Origin: Escherichia coli | GTDB taxonomy: Bacteria > Pseudomonadota > Gammaproteobacteria > Enterobacterales > Enterobacteriaceae | Length of the DNA: 64,000 nt | Assembly (NCBI RefSeq): GCF_046105845.1 | Contig: NZ_CP151004.1 | Direction: 5' to 3' (one strand) | In this document: positions 9,320 to 19,972 of the stretch, one piece after another | Numbering within the stretch: position 1 is the stretch's first letter | Layout of the letters: each line of letters begins with the position of its first letter | Made by a program: the position numbers and the translations under genes | Notes under the pieces: generated by a model | Told to the model about the DNA's origin: nothing | The model's database searches: none | What the model saw: only the letters and a program-made list of their open reading frames with translations

Positions 9320-11037
9320 GCCAGGGATTCCTGCACATGAAGGCTTGCAGCATAAGCCTTCTGATAACGTTTTTTCGCTTCCGCACGGGCAGGCTTGCCG
9401 GAGGACGTTCGGGGAATACTGTGGGGCGGCAACAGATCGATAGCCGCTGTTACGCCAAATTCGCTTTGGATCCGTGCTACCAGCGCGTGGATAAGCTGCC
9501 CACGACGTTCTTCGTCGCTGATCCGACACTGGATCTGCAAAATGATTTTTTCCTGGGCGGTAACAAAAGCAATCGCATCGCCAGAATGAATTTCCGGTTC
9601 CTGTTCCGCAATATATTCAATATCCTGCGGCCAGATATTACGGCCACGAATAATAATCAGATCTTTAATGCGCCCGGTGACATACAGATAACCGTCCAGC
9701 AGATAACCGAGGTCGCCGGTGTCTAACCAGCCCGTCGCGGCAATCTCGTCTTGTGAAATCTGGTCGCCAAAGTAACCGCTCATCAGGCTAGGGCCGGAGA
9801 TGCAAATATGGCCTACCACACGTTCCGCGGCAGGTATACCTGCTTCATTGCGGATTTCAATGCCATGTTCTGGCAACGCTTTACCGCAGTTGACGAAAGT
9901 CGATACGGCGCGTGTTTCAGCACCCGGCGCGACGGCTTTGCCCTGATATTCAAGGATGTCGCGATCCACTTCGTTAACCACAACCCCGGAGGCTTCATCA
10001 GAGAAGCTGACAGCCAGCGCATTTTCTGCCAGTCCGTAGCACGGCATGAACGTTTTATCGTCAAAGTTAACCTGACGGAAACATTCAGCGAATTGATGGA
10101 GTTGTTCTGCGGAGATCGGCTCAGCACCAATACCAGCGACGCGCCAGCAGGATAGATCCAGTTCAGCGAGATCTTTTTCATTCACGCGGCGCTGGCACAA
10201 TTCATAGCCAAACGGCGGCGCAACGGAAACGGTGCCGCGATTTTTACTGATCAATTTAAGCCATTGCAGAGGACGCATGGCAAAATCCTGAGTGCGCAAA
10301 TAATCTACTGAGAGCTGCGTGGCGACGGGGGTCAGGAGAAAGCCGACCAGTCCCATATCATGGTAGAAAGGCAGCCAGGAGACGCAGCGGTCGCCAGGGC
10401 GTAATTTAATGCCATCGTGGCTTATAGCACGTAGATTAGCCATCACTTCGCGATGGGTGATAATGACGCCACGGGGAAAACGGGTGCTGCCGGAGGTGTA
10501 CTGGAGGTAGGCGATATCGTTCGGAACTGGATGCTGGAGTGCAACATCGGCTTCCGGTAATGCCTTAAACCAGGCGTGGCTTAAAACATGTAATTCGGGG
10601 TTGTTATGCGTAGCGGCATTGACCAGTGGCAACCACTCATCACCAGTGATAATGGCTGCGGGCTGGCAACTTGTCAGTAAACCCTGCAGTTTGGCGCTCC
10701 AGGAATCCCGCTGACCGACGCCCATTGGAATCGCCAACGGGACGGCGACTAAGCCGGCATACTGGCAGGAAAAAAAAGCCTCTACGAACCCGCTACTGGT
10801 TTCGGCAATCAGCGCCACGCGATCGCCTTTTTTCAGGTTCAGCGATAACAACCGCTTCGCACCAGCTTCGGCACGCGCTTTTAACGTCTGATATTCCAGT
10901 TGATCTTCAAGTTGGCAACGTCTGTCATAAAAATTCATTCCGGCGCTACTCAGAGCGGCGTAGTCCAAAGCATCAACCAGCGTTGGAAAATCGGCATAGC
11001 GCATAGGTAGGGAATGCGTAAAGATTTTATTAGACAT
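9316..11037 (-). CDS. Fatty acyl-AMP ligase / acyl-ACP synthetase (AMP-binding superfamily), ~573 aa
   Basis: AMP-binding signature YTSGSTRFPRGV; N-terminus MSNKIFTHSLPMRYADF typical of FAAL-type enzymes; ATG at 11037. Confidence 0.75.
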   Translation of the reverse strand: MSNKIFTHSLPMRYADFPTLVDALDYAALSSAGMNFYDRRCQLEDQLEYQTLKARAEAGAKRLLSLNLKKGDRVALIAETSSGFVEAFFSCQYAGLVAVPLAIPMGVGQRDSWSAKLQGLLTSCQPAAIITGDEWLPLVNAATHNNPELHVLSHAWFKALPEADVALQHPVPNDIAYLQYTSGSTRFPRGVIITHREVMANLRAISHDGIKLRPGDRCVSWLPFYHDMGLVGFLLTPVATQLSVDYLRTQDFAMRPLQWLKLISKNRGTVSVAPPFGYELCQRRVNEKDLAELDLSCWRVAGIGAEPISAEQLHQFAECFRQVNFDDKTFMPCYGLAENALAVSFSDEASGVVVNEVDRDILEYQGKAVAPGAETRAVSTFVNCGKALPEHGIEIRNEAGIPAAERVVGHICISGPSLMSGYFGDQISQDEIAATGWLDTGDLGYLLDGYLYVTGRIKDLIIIRGRNIWPQDIEYIAEQEPEIHSGDAIAFVTAQEKIILQIQCRISDEERRGQLIHALVARIQSEFGVTAAIDLLPPHSIPRTSSGKPARAEAKKRYQKAYAASLHVQESLA

Positions 11038-11408
11038 ATACACCACGAAAAAATTGGATATCAAAAATAAAATGACAATAATGCGGTGGATTATATAGGC
11101 ATAAAAGATAAATGAGATAGTATTTTCATCAGTGTGAAAATGAACATTGATTTAAATAATGAGTTTGAGTTTTTTTGTTTTTATTGTGAATGATATTTAA
11201 TTTATGAATATATTAAGAATAAGCCTTGTCCGGTCGCCTTAAATCGACAAAAGGCATTGTGGCGCTTCTGTGTAGTCTCTAACCTTATCGTAATCATTAA
11301 TAAATACTATTTATTCGTCGTTTGTATTCATTGGGTTGATTATTAAGGTGCCGTTCGTTGCTGTTGCAACCTGTTTGTCACCGTTAATTATTTGTTACCC
11401 ACAGAACT
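11038..11408. promoter_or_regulatory. AT-rich divergent intergenic region between the FAAL operon and yghO (promoters inferred, not mapped)
   Basis: 371 bp with long A/T runs between divergently oriented start codons. Confidence 0.4.
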
Positions 11409-12551
11409 ATGGAATGCGATCTGCTGATGATTAAAATTGAAAAAGTAATTAATAAAAATGACCTTAAGGCATTTATCGCTTTTCCGTCATCACTTTATCC
11501 CGACGATCCAAACTGGATACCCCCTTTATTCATTGAACGCAACGAGCATTTGTCTGCGAAAAATCCGGGGACGGACCATATCATCTGGCAGGCGTGGGTG
11601 GCAAAAAAAGCGGGGCAGATAGTTGGGCGTATTACCGTGCAAATAGATACCTTGCACCGCGAGCGTTACGGTGAAGATACCGGTCATTTCGGCATGATTG
11701 ACGCCATTGATGATCCGCAGGTTTTTGCCGCGTTGTTTGGCGCAGCGGAAGCGTGGTTGAAGTCACAAGGTGCAAGTAAGATCAGCGGTCCTTTCAGCCT
11801 GAATATCAATCAGGAAAGCGGATTACTGATTGAAGGTTTCGATACACCACCCTGTGCGATGATGCCGCACGGTAAACCGTGGTATGCCGCGCATATTGAA
11901 CAATTGGGTTATCACAAAGGCATTGATTTACTAGCGTGGTGGATGCAGCGAACCGATCTCACTTTCTCTCCGGCGCTAAAAAAACTGATGGATCAGGTGC
12001 GTAAGAAGGTGACCATTCGCTGCATCAATCGCCAGCGGTTTGCCGAAGAGATGCAGATCCTGCGTGAGATTTTCAACTCTGGCTGGCAGCACAACTGGGG
12101 ATTTGTGCCGTTTACCGAACATGAATTCGCGACTATGGGCGATCAACTTAAATATCTGGTGCCGGACGATATGATCTACATCGCTGAGATTGATTCTGCA
12201 CCCTGCGCGTTTATTGTTGGCTTGCCAAACATCAACGAGGCGATTGCCGATCTGAACGGATCGCTCTTTCCCTTCGGCTGGGCAAAATTGCTGTGGCGTT
12301 TAAAAGTCAGCGGTGTGCGTACTGCGCGAGTACCGCTGATGGGCGTGCGGGACGAGTATCAGTTTAGCCGCATCGGCCCGGTGATTGCGCTGTTATTGAT
12401 TGAAGCCTTACGCGATCCGTTTGCCCGCCGGAAGATCGATGCGCTGGAAATGTCATGGATCCTCGAAACCAATACAGGCATGAATAACATGCTGGAACGC
12501 ATTGGGGCAGAGCCGTACAAGCGTTACCGATTGTATGAAAAGCAGATTTGA
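11409..12551 (+). CDS. yghO: YghO-like protein (380 aa), candidate acyltransferase; function unverified
   Basis: ORF track; position between lipid operon and glcC as for K-12 yghO (recalled); no motif I can assign confidently. Confidence 0.6.
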   Translation: MECDLLMIKIEKVINKNDLKAFIAFPSSLYPDDPNWIPPLFIERNEHLSAKNPGTDHIIWQAWVAKKAGQIVGRITVQIDTLHRERYGEDTGHFGMIDAIDDPQVFAALFGAAEAWLKSQGASKISGPFSLNINQESGLLIEGFDTPPCAMMPHGKPWYAAHIEQLGYHKGIDLLAWWMQRTDLTFSPALKKLMDQVRKKVTIRCINRQRFAEEMQILREIFNSGWQHNWGFVPFTEHEFATMGDQLKYLVPDDMIYIAEIDSAPCAFIVGLPNINEAIADLNGSLFPFGWAKLLWRLKVSGVRTARVPLMGVRDEYQFSRIGPVIALLLIEALRDPFARRKIDALEMSWILETNTGMNNMLERIGAEPYKRYRLYEKQI

Positions 12552-12557
12552 TGGCAG

Positions 12558-13322
12558 TCACCCCTGCTTCATCTCCAGCGGCACCGCCGAGCGAATCAAA
12601 TGGTGGCCTTCCAGCTCGATATCGTGGAGATTCTTTTTCACGGTCCGCACATGATCGCGTGCTGCGCGCTGGGCGACGTGCGGCAGCCGCTGCAACACCG
12701 CGTTGTAGATCCGCGCATGCTGGCGATCGATCTGCTTTTTTTGCTGTGGTCGATGGTAGAGATTATTTACGCTGGCAAACACTGAATTAAACATCAGATC
12801 GGTCAATGATTGCAGCGTAAACACCAACACCTGATTGTGAGAAGCCTGACAAATGGCGAGATGGAAAGCGTGATCCAACTGCGCATGTTCGATCAGCGAA
12901 ATCTCTTTGTTGTTCTCACTGGCGGCGAGCATTTTTTCATAACAGCGGGTTATCACAACAAAATCAGCCTGGGTTCCCAGCGTTGCCGCAAGCCTTGCCG
13001 ATTCCCCCTCCAGCAATGCGCGAACGTCGAGCAGATCGTACAGCGTTCGCGGCTGCGTGCTGAACAGATGAATTAGCGGGCTGGTATCCTGCACCCGATT
13101 AAGCCGTGCGACACGAGAATCGCGACCCTGCGCTGTTTCAATAATCCCGCGCCCGCGCAGCACGGTCAGCCCTTCACGCAGTGCGGAGCGTGAGAAGCCG
13201 AGCTTTTCACACAGTCGACGTTCCGAGGGAAGCGGCTGACCGACCTTCAGTACGCCGTCGATAATTAACCGTTCGATACTCTCTGCAACCACTTCGCAAA
13301 TAGGGCGACGTTCATCTTTCAT
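12558..13322 (-). CDS. glcC: GntR-family transcriptional activator of the glc operon
   Basis: MKDERRPICEVVAESIERLIIDGVLKVGQPLPSERRL... matches GlcC; start at internal ATG 13322 (254 aa). Confidence 0.9.
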   Translation of the reverse strand: MKDERRPICEVVAESIERLIIDGVLKVGQPLPSERRLCEKLGFSRSALREGLTVLRGRGIIETAQGRDSRVARLNRVQDTSPLIHLFSTQPRTLYDLLDVRALLEGESARLAATLGTQADFVVITRCYEKMLAASENNKEISLIEHAQLDHAFHLAICQASHNQVLVFTLQSLTDLMFNSVFASVNNLYHRPQQKKQIDRQHARIYNAVLQRLPHVAQRAARDHVRTVKKNLHDIELEGHHLIRSAVPLEMKQG

Positions 13323-13572
13323 TCCCGGACCTCGTGCACAGGTAGGACCAATTTTTCTGTTCTTAACTCGCAAAACACGCACATCACGTAAGTGATTATG
13401 TTACATCAATTTAACATTAAGTTAACCAAGGCAAGGTCACAGAGCTGGAAAAAAAATGGTCTGACCGGTAGCTAAAGAGATAGACGAAAACGAAAAGCCC
13501 GCTTAATAACTGTTCACAGAAGCAGCGCGCAAAAATCAGCTGCCACACAACACAACAAAGCGAAGCCTACTC
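13323..13572. promoter_or_regulatory. glcC–glcD divergent control region
   Basis: Intergenic between divergent glcC and glcD; regulatory role known for this operon, sites not mapped here. Confidence 0.45.
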
Positions 13573-15072
13573 ATGAGCATCTTGTACGAAGAGCGTCTTG
13601 ATGGCGCTTTACCCGATGTCGACCGCACATCGGTACTGATGGCACTGCGTGAGCATGTCCCTGGACTTGAGATCCTGCATACCGATGAGGAGATCATTCC
13701 TTACGAGTGTGACGGGTTGAGCGCGTATCGCACGCGTCCATTACTGGTTGTTCTGCCTAAGCAAATGGAACAGGTGACAGCGATTCTGGCTGTTTGTCAC
13801 CGCCTGCGTGTATCGGTGGTGACCCGTGGTGCAGGCACCGGGCTTTCTGGTGGCGCGCTGCCGCTGGAAAAAGGTGTGTTGTTGGTGATGGCGCGCTTTA
13901 AAGAGATCCTCGACATTAACCCCGTTGGTCGCCGCGCGCGCGTGCAGCCGGGCGTGCGTAACCTGGCGATCTCCCAGGCCGTTGCGCCGCATAATCTCTA
14001 TTACGCGCCGGATCCTTCCTCACAAATCGCCTGTTCAATTGGCGGCAATGTGGCGGAAAATGCCGGTGGCGTCCACTGCCTGAAATATGGTCTGACCGTA
14101 CATAACTTGCTGAAAATTGAAGTGCAAACGCTGGACGGCGAGGCGCTGACGCTGGGATCGGACGCGCTGGATTCGCCTGGTTTTGACCTGCTGGCGCTGT
14201 TCACCGGATCGGAAGGTATGCTCGGCGTGACCACCGAAGTAACGGTGAAGCTGTTGCCGAAGCCGCCCGTGGCGCGGGTTCTGTTAGCCAGCTTTGACTC
14301 GGTAGAAAAAGCCGGACTTGCAGTTGGTGACATCATCGCCAATGGCATTATCCCCGGCGGGCTGGAGATGATGGATAACCTGTCGATCCGCGCAGCGGAA
14401 GATTTTATACATGCCGGTTATCCCGTCGACGCCGAAGCGATTTTGTTATGCGAGCTGGACGGCGTGGAGTCTGACGTACAGGAAGACTGCGAGCGGGTTA
14501 ACGACATCTTGTTGAAAGCGGGCGCGACTGACGTCCGTCTGGCACAGGACGAAGCAGAGCGCGTACGTTTCTGGGCCGGTCGCAAAAATGCGTTCCCTGC
14601 GGTAGGACGAATCTCCCCGGATTACTACTGCATGGATGGCACCATCCCGCGCCGCGCACTGCCTGGCGTACTGGAAGGCATTGCCCGTTTATCGCAGCAA
14701 TATGATTTACGCGTTGCCAACGTCTTTCATGCCGGAGACGGCAACATGCACCCGTTAATCCTTTTCGATGCCAACGAACCCGGTGAATTTGCCCGCGCGG
14801 AAGAGCTGGGCGGGAAGATCCTCGAACTCTGCGTTGAAGTTGGCGGCAGCATCAGTGGGGAACATGGCATCGGGCGCGAAAAAATCAATCAAATGTGCGC
14901 CCAGTTCAACAGCGATGAAATCACTACTTTTCATGCGGTCAAGGCGGCGTTTGATCCCGATGGTTTGTTGAACCCAGGAAAAAACATTCCCACGCTACAC
15001 CGCTGTGCTGAATTTGGTGCCATGCATGTGCATCACGGTCATTTACCTTTCCCTGAACTGGAGCGTTTCTGA
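13573..15072 (+). CDS. glcD: Glycolate oxidase subunit GlcD (FAD-binding)
   Basis: 499-aa ORF; FAD-binding oxidase family; operon context. Confidence 0.95.
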   Translation: MSILYEERLDGALPDVDRTSVLMALREHVPGLEILHTDEEIIPYECDGLSAYRTRPLLVVLPKQMEQVTAILAVCHRLRVSVVTRGAGTGLSGGALPLEKGVLLVMARFKEILDINPVGRRARVQPGVRNLAISQAVAPHNLYYAPDPSSQIACSIGGNVAENAGGVHCLKYGLTVHNLLKIEVQTLDGEALTLGSDALDSPGFDLLALFTGSEGMLGVTTEVTVKLLPKPPVARVLLASFDSVEKAGLAVGDIIANGIIPGGLEMMDNLSIRAAEDFIHAGYPVDAEAILLCELDGVESDVQEDCERVNDILLKAGATDVRLAQDEAERVRFWAGRKNAFPAVGRISPDYYCMDGTIPRRALPGVLEGIARLSQQYDLRVANVFHAGDGNMHPLILFDANEPGEFARAEELGGKILELCVEVGGSISGEHGIGREKINQMCAQFNSDEITTFHAVKAAFDPDGLLNPGKNIPTLHRCAEFGAMHVHHGHLPFPELERF

Positions 15073-16124
15073 TGCTACGCGAGTGTGATTACAGCCAGGC
15101 GCTGCTGGAGCAGGTGAATCAGGCGATTAGCGATAAAACGCCGCTGGTGATTCAGGGCAGCAATAGCAAAGCCTTTTTAGGTCGTCCTGTCACCGGGCAA
15201 ACGCTGGATGTGCGTTGTCATCGCGGCATTGTTAATTACGACCCGACCGAGCTGGTGATAACCGCGCGTGCCGGAACGCCGCTGGTGGCGATTGAAGCGG
15301 CGCTGGAGAGCGCCGGGCAAATGCTCCCCTGCGAGCCGCCACATTATGGTGAAGAAGCCACCTGGGGCGGGATGGTCGCCTGCGGGCTGGCGGGGCCGCG
15401 TCGCCCGTGGAGCGGTTCGGTCCGCGATTTTGTCCTCGGCACGCGCATCATTACCGGCACTGGAAAACATCTGCGTTTTGGTGGCGAAGTGATGAAAAAC
15501 GTTGCCGGATACGATCTCTCACGGTTAATGGCCGGAAGCTACGGTTGTCTGGGTGTGCTCACTGAAATCTCGATGAAAGTGTTACCGCGACCACGCGCCA
15601 CCCTGAGTCTGCGTCGGGAAATCAGCCTCCAAGAAGCCATGAATGAAATCGCCCAGTGGCAACTCCAGCCATTACCCATTAGTGGCTTATGTTACTTCGA
15701 CAATGCGTTGTGGATCCGCCTTGAGGGCGGCGAAGGATCGGTAAAAGCAGCGCGTGAACTGCTGGGGGGCGAAGAGGTTGCGGGTCAGTTCTGGCAGCAA
15801 TTGCGTGAACAACAACTGCCGTTCTTCTCGTTACCAGGTACCTTATGGCGCATTTCCTTACCCAGCGATGCGCCGATGATAGATTTACCCGGCGAGCAAC
15901 TGATCGACTGGGGCGGGGCGCTACGCTGGCTGAAATCGACAGCCGAGGACAATCAAATCCATCGCATCGCCCGCAACGCTGGCGGTCATGCGACCCGCTT
16001 TAGTGCCGGAGATGGTGGTTTTGCCCCGCTACCGGCTCCTTTATTCCGCTATCACCAGCAGCTTAAACAGCAGCTCGACCCTTGCGGCGTGTTTAACCCC
16101 GGTCGCATGTACGCGGAACTTTGA
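15072..16124 (+). CDS. glcE: Glycolate oxidase subunit GlcE
   Basis: 350-aa ORF, FAD-linked oxidase-like; start overlaps glcD stop. Confidence 0.93.
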   Translation: MLRECDYSQALLEQVNQAISDKTPLVIQGSNSKAFLGRPVTGQTLDVRCHRGIVNYDPTELVITARAGTPLVAIEAALESAGQMLPCEPPHYGEEATWGGMVACGLAGPRRPWSGSVRDFVLGTRIITGTGKHLRFGGEVMKNVAGYDLSRLMAGSYGCLGVLTEISMKVLPRPRATLSLRREISLQEAMNEIAQWQLQPLPISGLCYFDNALWIRLEGGEGSVKAARELLGGEEVAGQFWQQLREQQLPFFSLPGTLWRISLPSDAPMIDLPGEQLIDWGGALRWLKSTAEDNQIHRIARNAGGHATRFSAGDGGFAPLPAPLFRYHQQLKQQLDPCGVFNPGRMYAEL

Positions 16125-16134
16125 GGAGCAGGCT

Positions 16135-17358
16135 ATGCAAACCCAATTAACTGAAGAGATGCGGCAGAACGCGCGGGCGCTGGAAGCCGACAGCATCCTG
16201 CGCGCCTGTGTTCACTGCGGATTTTGTACCGCAACCTGCCCAACCTATCAGCTCCTGGGCGATGAACTGGACGGGCCGCGCGGGCGCATCTATCTGATTA
16301 AACAGGTGCTGGAAGGCAACGAAGTCACGCTTAAAACACAGGAGCATCTCGATCGCTGTCTCACTTGCCGCAATTGTGAAACCACCTGTCCTTCTGGTGT
16401 GCGCTATCACAATTTGCTGGATATCGGGCGTGATATTGTCGAGCAGAAAGTGAAACGCCCACTGCCGGAGCGAATACTGCGCGAAGGATTGCGCCAGGTA
16501 GTGCCGCGTCCGGCGGTGTTTCGTGCGCTGACGCAGGTAGGGCTGGTGCTGCGACCGTTTTTACCGGAGCAGGTCAGAGCAAAACTGCCTGCCGAAACGG
16601 TGAAAGCTAAACCGCGTCCGCCGCTGCGCCATAAGCGTCGGGTTTTAATGCTGGAAGGCTGCGCCCAGCCTACGCTTTCGCCCAACACCAACGCGGCAAC
16701 TGCGCGAGTGCTGGATCGTCTGGGGATCAGCGTCATGCCAGCTAACGAAGCAGGCTGTTGTGGCGCGGTGGACTATCATCTTAATGCGCAAGAGAAAGGG
16801 CTGGCACGGGCGCGCAATAATATTGATGCCTGGTGGCCCGCGATTGAAGCAGGTGTCGAGGCAATTTTGCAAACCGCCAGCGGTTGTGGCGCGTTCGTCA
16901 AAGAGTATGGGCAGATGCTGAAAAACGATGCGTTGTATGCCGATAAAGCGCGTCAGGTCAGTGAGCTGGCGGTCGATTTAGTCGAACTTCTGCGCGAGGA
17001 ACCGCTGGAAAAACTGGCAATTCGCGGCGATAAAAAACTGGCCTTCCACTGCCCGTGTACCCTGCAACATGCGCAAAAGCTGAACGGCGAAGTGGAAAAA
17101 GTGTTACTTCATCTTGGATTTACCTTAACGGACGTTCCCGACAGCCATCTGTGCTGCGGTTCAGCGGGAACATATGCGTTAACGCATCCCGATCTGGCAC
17201 GCCAGCTGCGGGATAACAAAATGAATGCGCTGGAAAGCGGCAAACCGGAAATGATCGTCACCGCCAACATTGGTTGCCAGACGCATCTGGCGAGCGCCGG
17301 TCGTACCTCTGTGCGTCACTGGATTGAAATTGTAGAACAAGCCCTTGAAAAGGAATAA
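16135..17358 (+). CDS. glcF: Glycolate oxidase iron-sulfur subunit GlcF
   Basis: MQTQLTEEMRQNARALEADSILRACVHCGFCTATCPTYQ; 4Fe-4S Cys clusters; start at 16135 (407 aa). Confidence 0.93.
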   Translation: MQTQLTEEMRQNARALEADSILRACVHCGFCTATCPTYQLLGDELDGPRGRIYLIKQVLEGNEVTLKTQEHLDRCLTCRNCETTCPSGVRYHNLLDIGRDIVEQKVKRPLPERILREGLRQVVPRPAVFRALTQVGLVLRPFLPEQVRAKLPAETVKAKPRPPLRHKRRVLMLEGCAQPTLSPNTNAATARVLDRLGISVMPANEAGCCGAVDYHLNAQEKGLARARNNIDAWWPAIEAGVEAILQTASGCGAFVKEYGQMLKNDALYADKARQVSELAVDLVELLREEPLEKLAIRGDKKLAFHCPCTLQHAQKLNGEVEKVLLHLGFTLTDVPDSHLCCGSAGTYALTHPDLARQLRDNKMNALESGKPEMIVTANIGCQTHLASAGRTSVRHWIEIVEQALEKE

Positions 17359-17362
17359 CAAA

Positions 17363-17767
17363 ATGAAAACTAAAGTCATTCTTAGCCAGCAAATGGCGAG
17401 TGCAATTATTGCCGCAGGTCAGGAAGAGGCGCAGAAAAATAACTGGTCTGTTTCCATTGCTGTTGCCGATGACGGCGGTCATCTGCTGGCGTTAAGTCGC
17501 ATGGACGATTGCGCGCCGATTGCGGCTTACATCTCCCAGGAGAAAGCGCGTACCGCCGCGCTGGGGCGTCGTGAAACTAAGGGCTATGAAGAGATGGTGA
17601 ACAACGGACGTACCGCGTTCGTGACTGCGCCGTTACTGACGTCGCTGGAAGGTGGCGTACCGGTTGTTGTTGATGGGCAAATTATTGGTGCCGTGGGCGT
17701 TTCTGGTTTAACCGGAGTACAGGATGCGCAGGTCGCGAAAGCGGCAGCAGCGGTGTTGGCGAAATAA
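17363..17767 (+). CDS. glcG: GlcG protein (haem-degrading-like domain)
   Basis: MKTKVILSQQMASAII...; 134 aa from ATG 17363. Confidence 0.9.
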   Translation: MKTKVILSQQMASAIIAAGQEEAQKNNWSVSIAVADDGGHLLALSRMDDCAPIAAYISQEKARTAALGRRETKGYEEMVNNGRTAFVTAPLLTSLEGGVPVVVDGQIIGAVGVSGLTGVQDAQVAKAAAAVLAK

Positions 17768-17788
17768 GCGAAAACGAGGAGAGAAACA

Positions 17789-19960
17789 ATGAGTCAAACC
17801 ATAACCCAGGGCCGTTTACGCATTAACGCCAATTTTAAACGTTTTGTGGATGAAGAAGTTTTACCGGGAACAGGGTTGGACGCTGCGGCGTTCTGGCGCA
17901 ATGTTGATGAGATAGTTCACGATCTGGCACCAGAAAATCGTCAGTTGCTGGCAGAACGCGATCGCATTCAGGCGGCGCTTGATGAGTGGCATCGCAGCAA
18001 TCCGGGGCCGGTTAAAGATAAAGCGGCCTATAAATCTTTCCTGCGTGAACTGGGCTACCTGGTGCCGCAACCGGAGCGCGTGACGGTGGAAACCACGGGC
18101 ATCGACAGCGAAATCACCAGCCAGGCGGGGCCACAGCTGGTGGTTCCGGCAATGAATGCCCGCTACGCGCTGAACGCGGCGAACGCTCGCTGGGGCTCAC
18201 TGTACGATGCGTTATACGGCAGCGACATCATCCCGCAGGAAGGGGCGATGGTCAGCGGCTACGATCCGCAGCGCGGTGAGCAGGTTATCGCCTGGGTTCG
18301 GCGTTTCCTAGATGAATCACTACCGCTGGAAAACGGCAGCTATCAGGATGTGGTGGCGTTTAAGGTGGTTGATAAACAATTACGCATCCAGTTGAAAAAT
18401 GGTAAAGAAACCACGTTACGCACCCCGGCGCAGTTTGTCGGTTACCGTGGCAATGCCGCTGCGCCGTCCTGCATTTTGCTGAAAAATAACGGCCTGCATA
18501 TTGAGCTGCAAATCGATGCCAACGGGCGGATTGGCAAAGACGATCCGGCGCATATCAACGATGTTATCGTCGAAGCGGCCATCAGTACCATTCTCGACTG
18601 CGAAGATTCGGTCGCGGCGGTTGATGCGGAAGATAAAATCCTGCTGTACCGCAACCTGCTGGGCCTGATGCAGGGGACTCTGCAAGAGAAAATGGAGAAA
18701 AACGGTCGGCAAATCGTACGTAAACTGAATGACGATCGGCAGTACACCGCCGCCGATGGATCTGAAATTTCTCTGCACGGACGCTCGCTGCTGTTTATCC
18801 GCAACGTGGGGCATTTGATGACCATTCCTGTGATTTGGGACAGCGAAGGCAATGAAATCCCGGAAGGCATTCTTGATGGCGTCATGACAGGCGCGATTGC
18901 CCTCTATGATTTAAAAGTGCAGAAAAACTCGCGCACTGGCAGCGTCTATATTGTGAAACCGAAAATGCACGGTCCGCAGGAAGTGGCGTTCGCCAACAAA
19001 CTGTTTACCCGCATTGAGACAATGCTCGGTATGGCACCGAATACCCTGAAAATGGGCATTATGGATGAAGAACGCCGAACCTCGCTGAACTTGCGTAGCT
19101 GTATTGCTCAGGCGCGCAACCGCGTGGCGTTCATCAATACCGGTTTCCTCGACCGTACCGGCGATGAGATGCATTCGGTGATGGAAGCTGGCCCGATGCT
19201 GCGTAAAAACCAGATGAAATCGACGCCGTGGATCAAAGCCTACGAGCGTAATAACGTGCTTTCCGGTCTGTTCTGTGGGCTGCGCGGTAAAGCGCAAATC
19301 GGTAAAGGCATGTGGGCAATGCCGGACCTGATGGCAGACATGTACAGCCAGAAGGGCGACCAACTGCGTGCCGGGGCAAACACAGCCTGGGTTCCGTCAC
19401 CAACCGCTGCTACGCTCCATGCGCTGCACTACCACCAAACCAACGTACAGAGCGTGCAGGCCAACATTGCCCAGAGCGAGTTCAATGCTGAATTTGAACC
19501 GCTGCTGGACGATCTGCTGACTATTCCGGTGGCTGAAAACGCTAACTGGTCGGTGGAAGAGATCCAACAAGAGCTGGATAACAACGTGCAGGGGATTCTG
19601 GGGTACGTGGTGCGTTGGGTGGAGCAGGGGATTGGTTGTTCAAAAGTGCCGGATATTCACAACGTGGCGCTGATGGAAGACCGCGCAACGCTGCGTATCT
19701 CCAGCCAGCATATCGCCAACTGGTTACGTCACGGTATTCTGACCAAAGAACAGGTGCAGGCGTCGCTGGAGAATATGGCGAAAGTGGTTGATCAGCAAAA
19801 CGCTGGCGATCCGGCTTATCGTCCGATGGCGGGGAATTTCGCTAACTCGTGTGCTTTTAAAGCTGCCAGCGATTTAATCTTCCTCGGCGTGAAACAGCCA
19901 AACGGCTATACCGAACCGTTATTACACGCCTGGCGTTTACGCGAAAAAGAAAGTCATTAA
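17789..19960 (+). CDS. glcB: Malate synthase G
   Basis: 723-aa ORF; malate synthase G length and sequence. Confidence 0.95.
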   Translation: MSQTITQGRLRINANFKRFVDEEVLPGTGLDAAAFWRNVDEIVHDLAPENRQLLAERDRIQAALDEWHRSNPGPVKDKAAYKSFLRELGYLVPQPERVTVETTGIDSEITSQAGPQLVVPAMNARYALNAANARWGSLYDALYGSDIIPQEGAMVSGYDPQRGEQVIAWVRRFLDESLPLENGSYQDVVAFKVVDKQLRIQLKNGKETTLRTPAQFVGYRGNAAAPSCILLKNNGLHIELQIDANGRIGKDDPAHINDVIVEAAISTILDCEDSVAAVDAEDKILLYRNLLGLMQGTLQEKMEKNGRQIVRKLNDDRQYTAADGSEISLHGRSLLFIRNVGHLMTIPVIWDSEGNEIPEGILDGVMTGAIALYDLKVQKNSRTGSVYIVKPKMHGPQEVAFANKLFTRIETMLGMAPNTLKMGIMDEERRTSLNLRSCIAQARNRVAFINTGFLDRTGDEMHSVMEAGPMLRKNQMKSTPWIKAYERNNVLSGLFCGLRGKAQIGKGMWAMPDLMADMYSQKGDQLRAGANTAWVPSPTAATLHALHYHQTNVQSVQANIAQSEFNAEFEPLLDDLLTIPVAENANWSVEEIQQELDNNVQGILGYVVRWVEQGIGCSKVPDIHNVALMEDRATLRISSQHIANWLRHGILTKEQVQASLENMAKVVDQQNAGDPAYRPMAGNFANSCAFKAASDLIFLGVKQPNGYTEPLLHAWRLREKESH

Positions 19961-19972
19961 TAGCGTCAAAAA

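Noticed and set aside
8405-9529. 374-aa version of the reductase ORF overlapping the FAAL gene by ~210 bp
   Set aside because: The Rossmann motif begins right after the internal ATG at 9319, which forms an ATGA overlap with the FAAL stop; the upstream extension is read-through of FAAL coding sequence in another frame.
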